Of a stretch of DNA of 64,000 nucleotides, positions 48,443 to 58,531 are shown piece after piece. Under the pieces are notes generated by a model. That model was not told where the DNA came from and did no database searches. It saw only the letters and a list, made by a program, of their open reading frames with translations. The stretch comes from Alphaproteobacteria bacterium (GTDB lineage Bacteria > Pseudomonadota > Alphaproteobacteria > RF32 > CAG-239), in the NCBI GenBank assembly GCA_015062345.1, contig SUUV01000001.1:21588-85587 (forward strand), in the 5' to 3' direction. How positions within the stretch are numbered: the stretch's first letter is position 1; the number at the start of each line of letters is the position of its first letter. The position numbers were made by a program, and so were the translations under genes.

Positions 48443-51400
48443 TTATTTTTCTTCTTCGGCTTTGATAACTTCAGGTTCTTTTTGTTCTGATGTCATGATA
48501 GCTTCGGTAACAGGCTTATCTTCAGATTTATTTTCCGAATTATCTTCGGAGTTTTCTTCTTCATCATCACCTGCAATCAAACCAACTGCCGTAGCCGTTG
48601 CCGCAACACCTGTCGCCGTTACGGCATCTGTTGCAGAACTTGCAACATCACCAACCGCCTCAGCAACACCTGTAAGAGCATCTAAAGGAGCAGATACAAT
48701 GTCATCTGCCACATTTTCAGCGCTACTTTCGGCATTTGTTGCTTCAACAGCCTCAGACATTGTTGCGGCTACCTTATCCAAATCCGTACCTTCTGAAGTT
48801 TCATCGGTTGCGGCATCTGTTGTACCCTCACCGATACCTTCTTCATTGTAGAAAATTTGGTCAACATAGATATCAACATCATCAACCGTAATATCATCAA
48901 GTTGAGTTAATATCTTGCCGTCTCGTCTGACAACCACATCATATGTACCAAACGGAACATCGGTTACAATGAAATATCCTTCCAAGTCGGCATATACAAC
49001 CGAAACATCGTTGCCTTGTTCATCAACGGCGGCAATTTCATATCCGTATAGGCGCTTTCCTTCCGGATTTGCCAAATATCCTTCAATGTTACCGAAGTGT
49101 TTGAACAAAATATCAACAGTTTTAACCGTTCCCGGTCTGAGAACTAATTTTTTGGTATCATCAACCGGCTTTAATGCCACATCTTCAACCGATTCGATAT
49201 CAACGGTTAAAATGGTTTTTTCATATGACAACAAGTCAGTCAGCAATGCCGTACCTCTTTCATCGGTATAAACATCATCAACCAAGTTATTGGCTTTCAA
49301 ACCGACACCCTCAAGCGGTGTACCGTGTTCGTCGTGAGCTCTTACAAATATAGATCCCGAACTGCTGAACTGCGAGTTGTTTGAAGTCAAAATTCTGACT
49401 CCGCCGGGCTCTTTTGCAAAACTTACATTGTAGGTTAAATATGCAGACGCATTTTTATCACTGTCATATTGTAAGGTTAACGACAAACCGCCGAACGGGA
49501 AAATTCTGGAGCCCGATACCGAATAATAGTCACGGTCGGTTTCCAAATCTCGCCTGTATGAAGCTGTCCAATATGTATATCTGTCATCACGCCATGTTAA
49601 CTTACTTGAATATTCCAATGCATCAGGATTGGGGTTTGTTCTGTAGGTTAACATATTTTCCAAAGAAAACTTATCCCAATAGTTATAAACCGTAGGCTTA
49701 ACCTCGTTTTCGTGATTGATGGCATCATAGGTGTCTTCAATTGAAACATACCAACCTCTGGAAATATTTTTCGAAATTCTTCCCACGATATCTTCATACG
49801 GAATTTCACCGTTTTCTTTTTCACCGGTTCTATAACTTACATAAAACGGCAACGCAAAAGGCAATGTTCCGTTAAAACGAAACTCGGTTTTGTTTTTCAA
49901 ATATTCATTACCGTAATATGATACCGGCGAATGCAACTCGTTATATTCATCATAAGATGCATACAATGTACCGACATAAATATCACCTTGCCATTCGGCA
50001 TGATGTCCGATATTGCCGGTGTCAAAATTGCGTTCTAAGTTATATTGAATGGAGCTTCCCTTAATGGCATACTGAAAACCTGTCATCGAAAAATACTCAG
50101 TTTCGGTTTTGGTAACCTCATCAGGAGTTTGTGTTACACCGGCCATTAAAGTTAAGTTATCGGTTAAACCATAGTAGAAGTTAGAATCTAAAACCAGAAT
50201 ATCTTTGCCTTCATACTTATTGGTTTCATAGGTTTCAACCAAATATCTCCAAGGTTGATAAGCGGCAATATTATAACCGATTTCACCTTTCTTAACCGGA
50301 CTGGTACCGGCATAATATCTTTTTTCTTCGGTTCTTACCTCACCGTACGGACCATAGAAAACAAGCTTAAATGTATTTAAACCATATGAAACCGGAATGT
50401 TGGCAAAGTTATATTGTCCGGCCTCACCGTTTTGTTTATATCCGATAAGCTGATTGTTCCAATATAACTCAACTTCCCAACCCTCAACCAAAGGACCGGT
50501 AATGTTAATGGTTTTGTTAGCACTCATCACCAAGTTTTTAAAGCTCGATGCCGTAATACCTCGACCATAACTGGCACTTGAAAAATATGAGTCGCTGATA
50601 CCGTTGATATCACCGAGTTCAAACTTTTTCAAATTGATTGCGTTCGGCGGATCGTTCAAAAGTGTTCTTCCGGCCGAAATTCTAAATGTCGGGTCATGGT
50701 CATTAGATGAGTTACCCGAAATATAGCTTATAACATCAAGTCCGGCGGCAATGGTCGAAAAGTTAAGAGCATATGAACTGCTGTCGGTATAATCTCCGGT
50801 GCTTTCCGAATATTGCAAACCTGCACCGACCTGAACGTCAAGCACCGGTGTACCGATTAGGCGCTCATCCATTTCATAGCCCTTAAAACTGTTGTCTTGC
50901 ATAGTGTAAAGGCCTTTGCTTTTACGGCGCTTATCCGCATTTAACTTAACCAATGTCGGAAACTCGGTATCACGGTCAATGTTAAGTGTCATATCGTAAA
51001 AGTCAATTTTTAATTCTATCGCCAAAAAGCGCTCTAAAAAGGATGAACTGAAGAACATGGTATCATCTAAATATTTATAATCAGATTCGACCATATCAAT
51101 TTTTGTATCGCCTTTTTGTGCGGTAAAATTGTTCAAATCAATATCAAAAACAAATTGCTTTGCGTTGATATAGTTAATTTTTACGATATTATCCTCGTTT
51201 TTATAATCAAGACCTATAAGATTAGCAAGCTGTGTCAACGGAATGTAAACCGTTTGACCCTCATTATAAGCATAAACATAATCATCAGCCAAGTAGCCTT
51301 GAACAACGGTTTCCAAAATAAGGTCCGTATCCTCGGGACGATAAGCTTCATCTTCACTTTCTTTTACAGACGACTGTTCTTCATCGGTTGTAGCATCTTG

Positions 51401-51667
51401 AGCAGTTTCAGTTTCATCATTTTCCTGCTCGGCAGATTCCTCACCGGATTCTTCACCTGCACCCTCAACAGATTCTTTTTCCGATTCTTCAGATGCTTCG
51501 TCTTCGGAAACGGCGGTTTCTTCGGTTGAAGATTGCTCCTGTTCCTGATTTTGTTTATCCTCAAGTTTTTCAACTTGTGCAGTTTCAGATGCGTCTTGTT
51601 TTGTATCGTCCGCTTGCACTGCTTTTGATAAAACTATAAGCAGTGCAAGAAGTCCGAATTTAAACAT
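48443..51667 (-). CDS. fimbrial usher-like outer-membrane protein with long acidic N- and C-terminal extensions
   Basis: About 1070 aa, immediately downstream of a PapD-like chaperone and overlapping its stop. It has a signal peptide (MFKFGLLALLIVLSKAVQA), a beta-rich central region of about 800 aa rich in Tyr and Gly, and tails rich in Glu, Asp and Ser. The family assignment rests on context and size. Confidence 0.5.
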   Translation of the reverse strand: MFKFGLLALLIVLSKAVQADDTKQDASETAQVEKLEDKQNQEQEQSSTEETAVSEDEASEESEKESVEGAGEESGEESAEQENDETETAQDATTDEEQSSVKESEDEAYRPEDTDLILETVVQGYLADDYVYAYNEGQTVYIPLTQLANLIGLDYKNEDNIVKINYINAKQFVFDIDLNNFTAQKGDTKIDMVESDYKYLDDTMFFSSSFLERFLAIELKIDFYDMTLNIDRDTEFPTLVKLNADKRRKSKGLYTMQDNSFKGYEMDERLIGTPVLDVQVGAGLQYSESTGDYTDSSSYALNFSTIAAGLDVISYISGNSSNDHDPTFRISAGRTLLNDPPNAINLKKFELGDINGISDSYFSSASYGRGITASSFKNLVMSANKTINITGPLVEGWEVELYWNNQLIGYKQNGEAGQYNFANIPVSYGLNTFKLVFYGPYGEVRTEEKRYYAGTSPVKKGEIGYNIAAYQPWRYLVETYETNKYEGKDILVLDSNFYYGLTDNLTLMAGVTQTPDEVTKTETEYFSMTGFQYAIKGSSIQYNLERNFDTGNIGHHAEWQGDIYVGTLYASYDEYNELHSPVSYYGNEYLKNKTEFRFNGTLPFALPFYVSYRTGEKENGEIPYEDIVGRISKNISRGWYVSIEDTYDAINHENEVKPTVYNYWDKFSLENMLTYRTNPNPDALEYSSKLTWRDDRYTYWTASYRRDLETDRDYYSVSGSRIFPFGGLSLTLQYDSDKNASAYLTYNVSFAKEPGGVRILTSNNSQFSSSGSIFVRAHDEHGTPLEGVGLKANNLVDDVYTDERGTALLTDLLSYEKTILTVDIESVEDVALKPVDDTKKLVLRPGTVKTVDILFKHFGNIEGYLANPEGKRLYGYEIAAVDEQGNDVSVVYADLEGYFIVTDVPFGTYDVVVRRDGKILTQLDDITVDDVDIYVDQIFYNEEGIGEGTTDAATDETSEGTDLDKVAATMSEAVEATNAESSAENVADDIVSAPLDALTGVAEAVGDVASSATDAVTATGVAATATAVGLIAGDDEEENSEDNSENKSEDKPVTEAIMTSEQKEPEVIKAEEEK

Positions 51668-51668
51668 A

Positions 51669-52439
51669 CTACTTACTGATGTTTGCCTGCAAAATTTCTT
51701 TTCCTGTGAGTCCATCTTCTAGTACCAAAGTTGTGGGTTTTGTTTTAACATCTTTTTTCAAAGAAACCGAAACTGTACGCTTTGTGTTCGGCAAATAAAT
51801 TCTGACATTGTCTGTTCTGCCGATTTCTTCACCTTTTTCATCTTTTACAATAAGTTTAACACGAGAAGAAATGTTACCTAAACGATTTAATACAACTTCA
51901 ACTTTACCGTCTTTAACTTTCGCACTTTCAACTTCAGTTTTTGCGTACAAATCTTTACCTTTTAAGATAGTAACCGGAATACCGATTGCTTGCAAAACCT
52001 TAACCGATACGGACAAAGTATCTTCTTCACCTTCTTCGGTTGCTTTTTTAACTCTGGGCATTTCAACTTCACGAACAACCAAGTGAGTAACGCTTTCACC
52101 GTCTGCCATATTACCCAAACCTTTTCTTGCAACTCTGATTGCTTGTGTTTTACCCGGTTTTAAGGTAAATTGTTTTGGTGAAAATACCAAAAAGTCTTTA
52201 GCGGAGTTTTCCATAGTTTCAACTTCTTCAAACTTACCTTGTTCGTTTTGTTTGTATTGAACCAAATTTACTCTGTATGTTTGAAGTTCGTTTGAACTGT
52301 TCATAATGTTAAGTGTTTGCGATCTTTTACGAGAATTTTCCTCAAAGTCAACAGCCATCGGGAAAATTGTAAAACCTGCATAAGCTTTAGAAACCGCTAA
52401 GCAAGCAAGTAATGTATAAAGACATATTTTTTTAAGCAT
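51669..52439 (-). CDS. periplasmic pilus chaperone (PapD-like fold)
   Basis: Signal peptide. The first domain shows the pattern FTIFPMAVDF...RSQTLNIMNSS...LVFSPKQFTLKPGKTQAIRVAR, which resembles the PapD/FimC strand pattern. Confidence 0.6.
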   Translation of the reverse strand: MLKKICLYTLLACLAVSKAYAGFTIFPMAVDFEENSRKRSQTLNIMNSSNELQTYRVNLVQYKQNEQGKFEEVETMENSAKDFLVFSPKQFTLKPGKTQAIRVARKGLGNMADGESVTHLVVREVEMPRVKKATEEGEEDTLSVSVKVLQAIGIPVTILKGKDLYAKTEVESAKVKDGKVEVVLNRLGNISSRVKLIVKDEKGEEIGRTDNVRIYLPNTKRTVSVSLKKDVKTKPTTLVLEDGLTGKEILQANISK

Positions 52440-52460
52440 TTTGTACTCCTTAAAATTATA

Positions 52461-53408
52461 TTATTGATAGATTAAATTAACTGTAAAACTTCCGGTATAA
52501 CTTCCGGCAGGTTGGTCTTTGCCGACATGTAAAGTTGCGCCGACCGCAATATTTTGAGTTGATAACCCGTCACCGGCAGGAAGCGTAAACACGGTAGACG
52601 GTGCAAAAGTAAATGTATCAACCGTCATTGAATTTGCATTATCGGAAGTCTTAATTTCCAAACTTTCAGGCGAAACACTTGCCTGAATGGTGCGTCCGGC
52701 AACACCGCTTACGGTTGCTTGTCCGGCAGTTGCATCTTTTTTTGAAAGCATGGTAACATTGTTTAATGTCACATTACCATCAGGTGCCAAAACAATTGTA
52801 CCGGCGGCAGTCGGTGAAACAACCGTACCGAAACTCATATTCGAAATGTTGGAAATTGTAATCGGGTTATCGGTCTCAACCGCAACTTGTAAAGTGGCAT
52901 CGGGTGTATCATCAATTACGGCAATACCTTCTTCATCAGCCAAACTGTACGGAATGTTGACACTTCCTTTATAGGTATCTGTTTCACAAAAACCCGAAAT
53001 CTTAACGCTTGCTCCGATATTTATTTTTCCGTTAGGTTGGTCGGGTGTTAAAAGAACGGCTGTCGGAGTTGCCGTAAAATTTGAAAATGTAATGGTGCAA
53101 CCATCACCTTCAATGGTAGCCGTAGGCATTTCATTGTTAATAAGAACTACTCTGTTTGCAGTTTCTCCCTCGGCAAAATCATATGTAAAGCTTAAAACAC
53201 CGGCATTTTTAATGTGCGTACCTTGAACAAAAGCTCCTACCAACTCAACATCACCGTTGGTAGCAAGCACCGCTGAAGATTCTTTTTGGGATAAAATTAT
53301 CTTACCTAAATCCATAAAATCTGTGTTTTCAACAATTAAATCGGCAAAACAAGGCGTTGATGCCAAACATAAAGACATAAATGTAACAAAATTTCTAACT
53401 TTAACCAT
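52461..53408 (-). CDS. two-domain SCPU-type fimbrial subunit (tip or adhesin-like)
   Basis: Signal peptide, an internal MSFGTVV motif (compare DFGTIVV in the paralogs), and a C-terminal GSYTGSFTVNLIYQ. It is the first gene of the chaperone-usher operon. Confidence 0.55.
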   Translation of the reverse strand: MVKVRNFVTFMSLCLASTPCFADLIVENTDFMDLGKIILSQKESSAVLATNGDVELVGAFVQGTHIKNAGVLSFTYDFAEGETANRVVLINNEMPTATIEGDGCTITFSNFTATPTAVLLTPDQPNGKINIGASVKISGFCETDTYKGSVNIPYSLADEEGIAVIDDTPDATLQVAVETDNPITISNISNMSFGTVVSPTAAGTIVLAPDGNVTLNNVTMLSKKDATAGQATVSGVAGRTIQASVSPESLEIKTSDNANSMTVDTFTFAPSTVFTLPAGDGLSTQNIAVGATLHVGKDQPAGSYTGSFTVNLIYQ

Positions 53409-53708
53409 TTGTTTTTCCTGTTTATAAGTTCATAATTACCGAATTTTATAATTATTACGCAAATAAACATACAAGGTTTTATTTTATTTAGCAAGCTTTA
53501 ATTTCACAAATATCACTATTAATTTCTTCTATATACCGACAGTATAATTGTCCTTGACTTTTTAAAACTTTGTGTTACATTACAATTGTTCTTGTCGCTT
53601 TTAGGGCTTATAAGCGAGGAACTTATATCAACCGAGCCGAGGTTAAAACATATTGCAAAAGTTTTTCTTATTGCTTTTGATGTCGGCTCCTATAAGGGAG
53701 TTTTTTTA

Positions 53709-54251
53709 ATGCAAAAATACAAATACAAACATGGTTTAAGCATTATGAGAGCACAGCCTTTCCACATCGGCCATGCAAAAATCATTGATACAATGCTTCA
53801 ATCGTGCGAAAAAGTCACCATCATTTTGGGATCGATTCAAGAACACGGAACATCAAGAAATCCGTTAAATTATACCACCAGAAAAAAGATGATTCAAAAC
53901 ATTTATCGTTCCACACCCGATTATGAACGCTTAAAAATTATCGGTTTGTTTGATATAAACAATCCGGCCGAATGGGGCGAATATGTTTTGGACTTTATCT
54001 CCGAAACACTACCCGATTTGCCGATTCCCGATGTTTATTATGCCGGAAGTGCCTACGATTCGCATTGGTTTAAAGACTGTTTTAAGACCATCGAACTGGT
54101 TGACCGCACAGACCCTGATTTTCCGTTTGTAACCGGTACCATGGTCAGAGATATGATAAAATTCGGCGACAGTCGTTGGAAAAATTTTATCCATCAGCAA
54201 AACCATCAAATTATTGAAGACAATTTTTATCGTAAAAAAGCAATTATATAA
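53709..54251 (+). CDS. nicotinamide-nucleotide adenylyltransferase, NadM (archaeal) type
   Basis: RAQPFHIGH (the GRFQPFHxGH motif of NadM), 180 aa. Start at MQKYKYKHGLSIM. Confidence 0.65.
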   Translation: MQKYKYKHGLSIMRAQPFHIGHAKIIDTMLQSCEKVTIILGSIQEHGTSRNPLNYTTRKKMIQNIYRSTPDYERLKIIGLFDINNPAEWGEYVLDFISETLPDLPIPDVYYAGSAYDSHWFKDCFKTIELVDRTDPDFPFVTGTMVRDMIKFGDSRWKNFIHQQNHQIIEDNFYRKKAII

Positions 54252-54342
54252 ACCGTTTCAGTTTTTAGGCATCTGCGTCTTTTAAAGGGCTTATAAAAGA
54301 CAGATGTAATTTAACCCCAATAAGCCAAGAAAGGGAAAAAAC

Positions 54343-54966
54343 ATGACAGAACGCATTTTAATGCGGATAGATTTTCAAAACGATTTTGTTCATCCGCAAG
54401 GAAAATTAACCTTAAGCGATACCGATTTAATTGACCGACATCAAAAATTTGCCAACTCAATACAAAAAGGTATGTTTGATATAATTATCGATTCGTATGA
54501 CACACATTTTCATCAAACTTATCCCCACACTTTGGAAGCAAAAAACTTTCCCGAGCATTGCATTTTCAGTTCTTGGGGTTGGCATTCGGCGGCACCGTTA
54601 AAAGAAAATATCAAAACCGTAAATATCTATAAATCGACCACCAACATTTGGAACGAAAAAAACACCTACGACATTTTGTCGCAAGACTGGCAAAACAAAG
54701 AGGTTTATTTATGCGGTGTATTAAGTGAAATTTGTGTTTATCAAGCCTTAAAAGGCTTAATTAAACGAAACGCAAATGTTATAATCATTGAAGATTTGTG
54801 CAAAGGTATAAATGCGCAAATATCCGACATCTTAGAACATCAGGATTTTCAAGAGCATATCAAAAGAGGTCAACTCAAAAGCATAACTTCGGCACAATTT
54901 TTCAGAACCGCTCTTTTAGATAAAAAAATTGAGCATAACTTAGTACATAAAACTTTGGGAGATTAG
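54343..54966 (+). CDS. isochorismatase-family hydrolase, probably nicotinamidase PncA
   Basis: Catalytic residues in context (IDFQNDF Asp; Cys in YLCGVLSEICV). It sits between nadM and pncB. Confidence 0.55.
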   Translation: MTERILMRIDFQNDFVHPQGKLTLSDTDLIDRHQKFANSIQKGMFDIIIDSYDTHFHQTYPHTLEAKNFPEHCIFSSWGWHSAAPLKENIKTVNIYKSTTNIWNEKNTYDILSQDWQNKEVYLCGVLSEICVYQALKGLIKRNANVIIIEDLCKGINAQISDILEHQDFQEHIKRGQLKSITSAQFFRTALLDKKIEHNLVHKTLGD

Positions 54967-54968
54967 AT

Positions 54969-56438
54969 ATGAGAAACGACCTTTTACAATCGGGAACACC
55001 TTTTTATTGCGATTTATACCACTTAACAATGGCACAAGCTTGGTTTTCAGATAATAAACATATGGAGAAAAAAACTTCCGAAGCTTTTTTTAGACGTTGT
55101 CCTTTCGGCGGCAGTTATCTGGTTGCGGCCGGTTTGCAAGAGTTTGTCGAATGGATAGAAAACTGGCACATTTCGCAAAAAGATATCGACTATCTTAAAA
55201 CCTTAAAAAATGCCGACGGATTTAACTTGTTTAATGATGATTTTTTAAGCTTTATCAAAAATCAAAAATTAAACTTAAGCATAAATGCGGTTTCGGAAGG
55301 TGAAATCGTATTTCCCAATGAACCGGTGCTAAGTGTCAGCGGACCTTGTTGGCAAGTTGATATGGTAGAGGCAGCTTTTTTAAACATATTTAATGCACAA
55401 AGCCTCATTGCAACCAAAGCTTCCCGTATGGTAAATGCGGCTTCAAGTGACGGCATAAAAAGACCGGTGTTGGAATTTGGATTAAGACGAGCACAAGATA
55501 TGGGATGCTTTTTGCCGACCAGAGCTTCATATATCGGCGGTTGTGTCGGCACCTCAAATGTTGCGGCCGCACAATATTACGGCATTGAAGCAAAAGGAAC
55601 AATGGCGCATTCTTTTATCATGAGCTATGAAAACGAAGAAGATGCTTTTATATCATACTTAAAATCATCAAAAGGCAATACAACACTTCTTGTTGACACC
55701 TATGATACAAAACAAGGTATTAAAAACGCCATTAAAGCATCTGAAAAAACCGGTATCAGACTTGACGGTATCAGAATAGATTCCGGCGATTTAGCCTACT
55801 GGTCAAAGTTGGCACGCAAAATGCTTGATGAGGCAAATATGGAACACACAAAAATTGTTGTTTCAAACGATTTGGACGAGTATCTGATTGAAAATCTGGT
55901 CATGGTGCAAAAAGCCCCGATTGACATATTTGCCGCCGGTACCAAACTTGTTACCGCCTATGATACTCCGGCTTTAGGAGGTGTGTTTAAAACCAAAGAA
56001 TATATGTTACAACCAAAAATCAAAATTGCCGAAAACAAGACCACTATTCCCGGTGCCACAAAAGTTGTTCGTATTGTTAAAGATAACAAATTTGAGGGCG
56101 ATATAATCACTCGCTCATCAGATGAATTGGTTTACAATCAAAAACTCTCAAGGGGAATAAGGTCGTATAAGCTAAATTCTGCTACAACGGAAAACACATA
56201 TTTTGAAAAAGGAACCGATGCTTATTATTTGCTAAAACCCGTAATGATTAACGGACAAATTGTCGGACAAGATTTAGATTTGAGCTTAAAACAAATAAGG
56301 CAAGAAACATTAAGAAACTTGGAAAAATTGGATAATTCTTATAAACGACTTGCCAATCCGCACATATACGGCGTAGGCTTGGAACAAAATTTGTTTGACT
56401 TGCAACAATGTCTGATAGCAAAACATCAAGAGAGGTAA
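54969..56438 (+). CDS. pncB: nicotinate phosphoribosyltransferase
   Basis: 489 aa with the N-terminus YCDLYHLTMAQAWF and an NAPRTase core. Confidence 0.85.
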   Translation: MRNDLLQSGTPFYCDLYHLTMAQAWFSDNKHMEKKTSEAFFRRCPFGGSYLVAAGLQEFVEWIENWHISQKDIDYLKTLKNADGFNLFNDDFLSFIKNQKLNLSINAVSEGEIVFPNEPVLSVSGPCWQVDMVEAAFLNIFNAQSLIATKASRMVNAASSDGIKRPVLEFGLRRAQDMGCFLPTRASYIGGCVGTSNVAAAQYYGIEAKGTMAHSFIMSYENEEDAFISYLKSSKGNTTLLVDTYDTKQGIKNAIKASEKTGIRLDGIRIDSGDLAYWSKLARKMLDEANMEHTKIVVSNDLDEYLIENLVMVQKAPIDIFAAGTKLVTAYDTPALGGVFKTKEYMLQPKIKIAENKTTIPGATKVVRIVKDNKFEGDIITRSSDELVYNQKLSRGIRSYKLNSATTENTYFEKGTDAYYLLKPVMINGQIVGQDLDLSLKQIRQETLRNLEKLDNSYKRLANPHIYGVGLEQNLFDLQQCLIAKHQER

Positions 56439-56441
56439 AAA

Positions 56442-57215
56442 ATGGAAAATTTGTTAAATGAACTAAAACAAAAATTTAAATCACACTGCGAACAAAACGG
56501 ATTTACAAAAGTAATTTTAGGACTGTCCGGCGGGCTTGATTCGGCCTTGGTATCAGTGTTGGCTGCCGATGTTTTAGGCGGTCAAAATGTTACCGCAATT
56601 ATGATGCGAACAAAGTTCACCTCATCTTTGAGTATCGACATCGCCAGAGAAATTGCCAAACTTAACAACTTAAATTATCACGAAATTGATATCCAAAATC
56701 TGATTGATATTGAAACAGTGTATTTAAAGAATTTGTTTGGTCAACAACCTAAAAGTATTGTGCTTGAAAACTTGCAGGCAAGAGCCAGAGCAAAACTTTT
56801 GATGGCTTGGTCAAATCAGTTTGGCTCTGTGGTGTTGGCCTGCTCAAACAAATCGGAAATTTTAACCGGATATTGCACACTTTACGGTGACACTTGCGGT
56901 GCTTTTGTTCCGCTCGGAAACATCTATAAATCGGATATTTTCAAACTGGCCAAATATATTAACGGCATCAATCGAGTTTTACCGCAAGAAGTAATCGTAA
57001 GAGCACCGAGTGCCGAACTTGCCTTAAACCAAAAAGACGAAAATTCGCTTCCGCCTTATGACATTTTGGACGACATATTAAAACAATATGTTGATGAAAA
57101 ATTATCCGTTGAACAAATTGTAAATTCGGGAAAAGATTTTGCCACTGTTGAAAGAGTGATAAAACTGTATCAGACCAGCGCTTTCAAACGCAAACAGTTG
57201 CCTGTTTTGTTGTAA
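56442..57215 (+). CDS. nadE: NH3-dependent NAD+ synthetase
   Basis: PP-loop GLSGGLDSALV, 257 aa. Confidence 0.85.
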   Translation: MENLLNELKQKFKSHCEQNGFTKVILGLSGGLDSALVSVLAADVLGGQNVTAIMMRTKFTSSLSIDIAREIAKLNNLNYHEIDIQNLIDIETVYLKNLFGQQPKSIVLENLQARARAKLLMAWSNQFGSVVLACSNKSEILTGYCTLYGDTCGAFVPLGNIYKSDIFKLAKYINGINRVLPQEVIVRAPSAELALNQKDENSLPPYDILDDILKQYVDEKLSVEQIVNSGKDFATVERVIKLYQTSAFKRKQLPVLL

Positions 57216-57285
57216 ATGTAATAAAAAACTTGCATATAATGTGTTAATGTCTTACATTGACACATATTTAACAGAAAGGTAAACT

Positions 57286-58071
57286 ATGAAAATTATATTT
57301 TGCGGTGACATTGTCGGCCGCCCCGGCAGAGATGTTTTGTTAAAAAACATCAAAAATATCAATGAAAAATATGCGCCCGATACCATCATTGTCAATGCCG
57401 AAAATGCCGCTCACGGTTTTGGCTTAACCCCTGGAATCTGTCGTGATTTTTTTGCTGCCGGAGTTGATGCCGTAACTACCGGAAATCATGTTTATGACCA
57501 ACGAGAAATTATCCCGTTTTTGGACGATTGCAAAAAAATTGTGCGTCCGCTGAATTTTCCCGATGGCAATGTCGGTCACGGCACTTGCGAAGTTGAATTG
57601 GCAAACGGCAAAAAGTTGCTCGTTGTACAAGTAATGGGACGAGCTTTTATGGAAGCTTTGGATTGTCCGGTACAAGCATTGGAAAAAGTTTTAAAAACAT
57701 ACATATTGGGAGCAAATATATCTGCCATTTTGGTTGATATTCATGCCGAAGCCACCGCCGAAAAATTGAGCTTTGCATATTTGTTTGACGGCAGAGTTTC
57801 GGTAATTACCGGCACACACACTCATATCCCGACCGCCGATGCCAGAATTTTGCCTAAATCAACCGCATACATTACAGATGTCGGTATGTGTGGCGACTAT
57901 AATTCGGTTTTGGGCTTTGAGCCGGAAGCTTCAATCAGACGATTATGCAAAAAATTTCCGTCCGAAAGACTTATTCCGGCAAGAGGAGACGGCACACTAT
58001 ATGCCATATATGTAGAAACCGATGATAAAACCGGATTGGCTACACATATTGAACAAGTGGTACTAAAATAG
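57286..58071 (+). CDS. YmdB-like metallophosphoesterase (TIGR00282 family)
   Basis: MKIIFCGDIVGRPGR..., with GNH and GTHTH motifs. Confidence 0.75.
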   Translation: MKIIFCGDIVGRPGRDVLLKNIKNINEKYAPDTIIVNAENAAHGFGLTPGICRDFFAAGVDAVTTGNHVYDQREIIPFLDDCKKIVRPLNFPDGNVGHGTCEVELANGKKLLVVQVMGRAFMEALDCPVQALEKVLKTYILGANISAILVDIHAEATAEKLSFAYLFDGRVSVITGTHTHIPTADARILPKSTAYITDVGMCGDYNSVLGFEPEASIRRLCKKFPSERLIPARGDGTLYAIYVETDDKTGLATHIEQVVLK

Positions 58072-58095
58072 AACAGTGTATTTAAAGTTTTAAAT

Positions 58096-58530
58096 CTAAA
58101 AATTATATCGTTTATCGGCTTTTAGCTTTTCAACTTCAATGACACATTTTTTGTATGCGCTGCTGTCTGCACCATATCTGTCGGAAATATCTTTTAATCT
58201 TTCATCAAAAGAAAAATCTTCACCATTTGAACCTGTTGTCATATCGGCATAATTTAAAATAAACAATTCATCAGACATATTATCTATGGTTACATTACCA
58301 TGATTTGCAACTTCTTGCCAATGTTTATATTTTGAGCGCTCTAAAATTTTGCCTCCGATGGCACCATGGTTGCAAACATCATTGCAAAATTCATATCCTA
58401 TATCGTGTAACAGACCTAACAAAAACATATCTTGAGCAAATTGTTCATCTTTGGGCCTTAATTTTAAGGCTAAATTTTTAGCTTTTCTGGCAACTGCCAA
58501 AATATGTTGCCATCTGTTTTGTGTTATCAT
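58096..58530 (-). CDS. HD-domain protein
   Basis: LLHDIGY motif, 144 aa. Confidence 0.5.
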   Translation of the reverse strand: MITQNRWQHILAVARKAKNLALKLRPKDEQFAQDMFLLGLLHDIGYEFCNDVCNHGAIGGKILERSKYKHWQEVANHGNVTIDNMSDELFILNYADMTTGSNGEDFSFDERLKDISDRYGADSSAYKKCVIEVEKLKADKRYNF

Positions 58531-58531
58531 T

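Noticed and set aside
48462-48851. 129-aa plus-strand ORF rich in Ser, Ala and Thr
   Set aside because: It is antisense to the usher's acidic low-complexity C-terminal tail. It is a compositional artefact.
53409-53708. Considered an NAD-type riboswitch in the hairpin-containing nadM leader (tcgctt...aagcga, gagccga...tcggctc)
   Set aside because: The known NAD+ riboswitch classes are not described from this kind of organism, and no conserved motif was recognised. The region is also the divergent promoter of the pilus operon. It is left unannotated.
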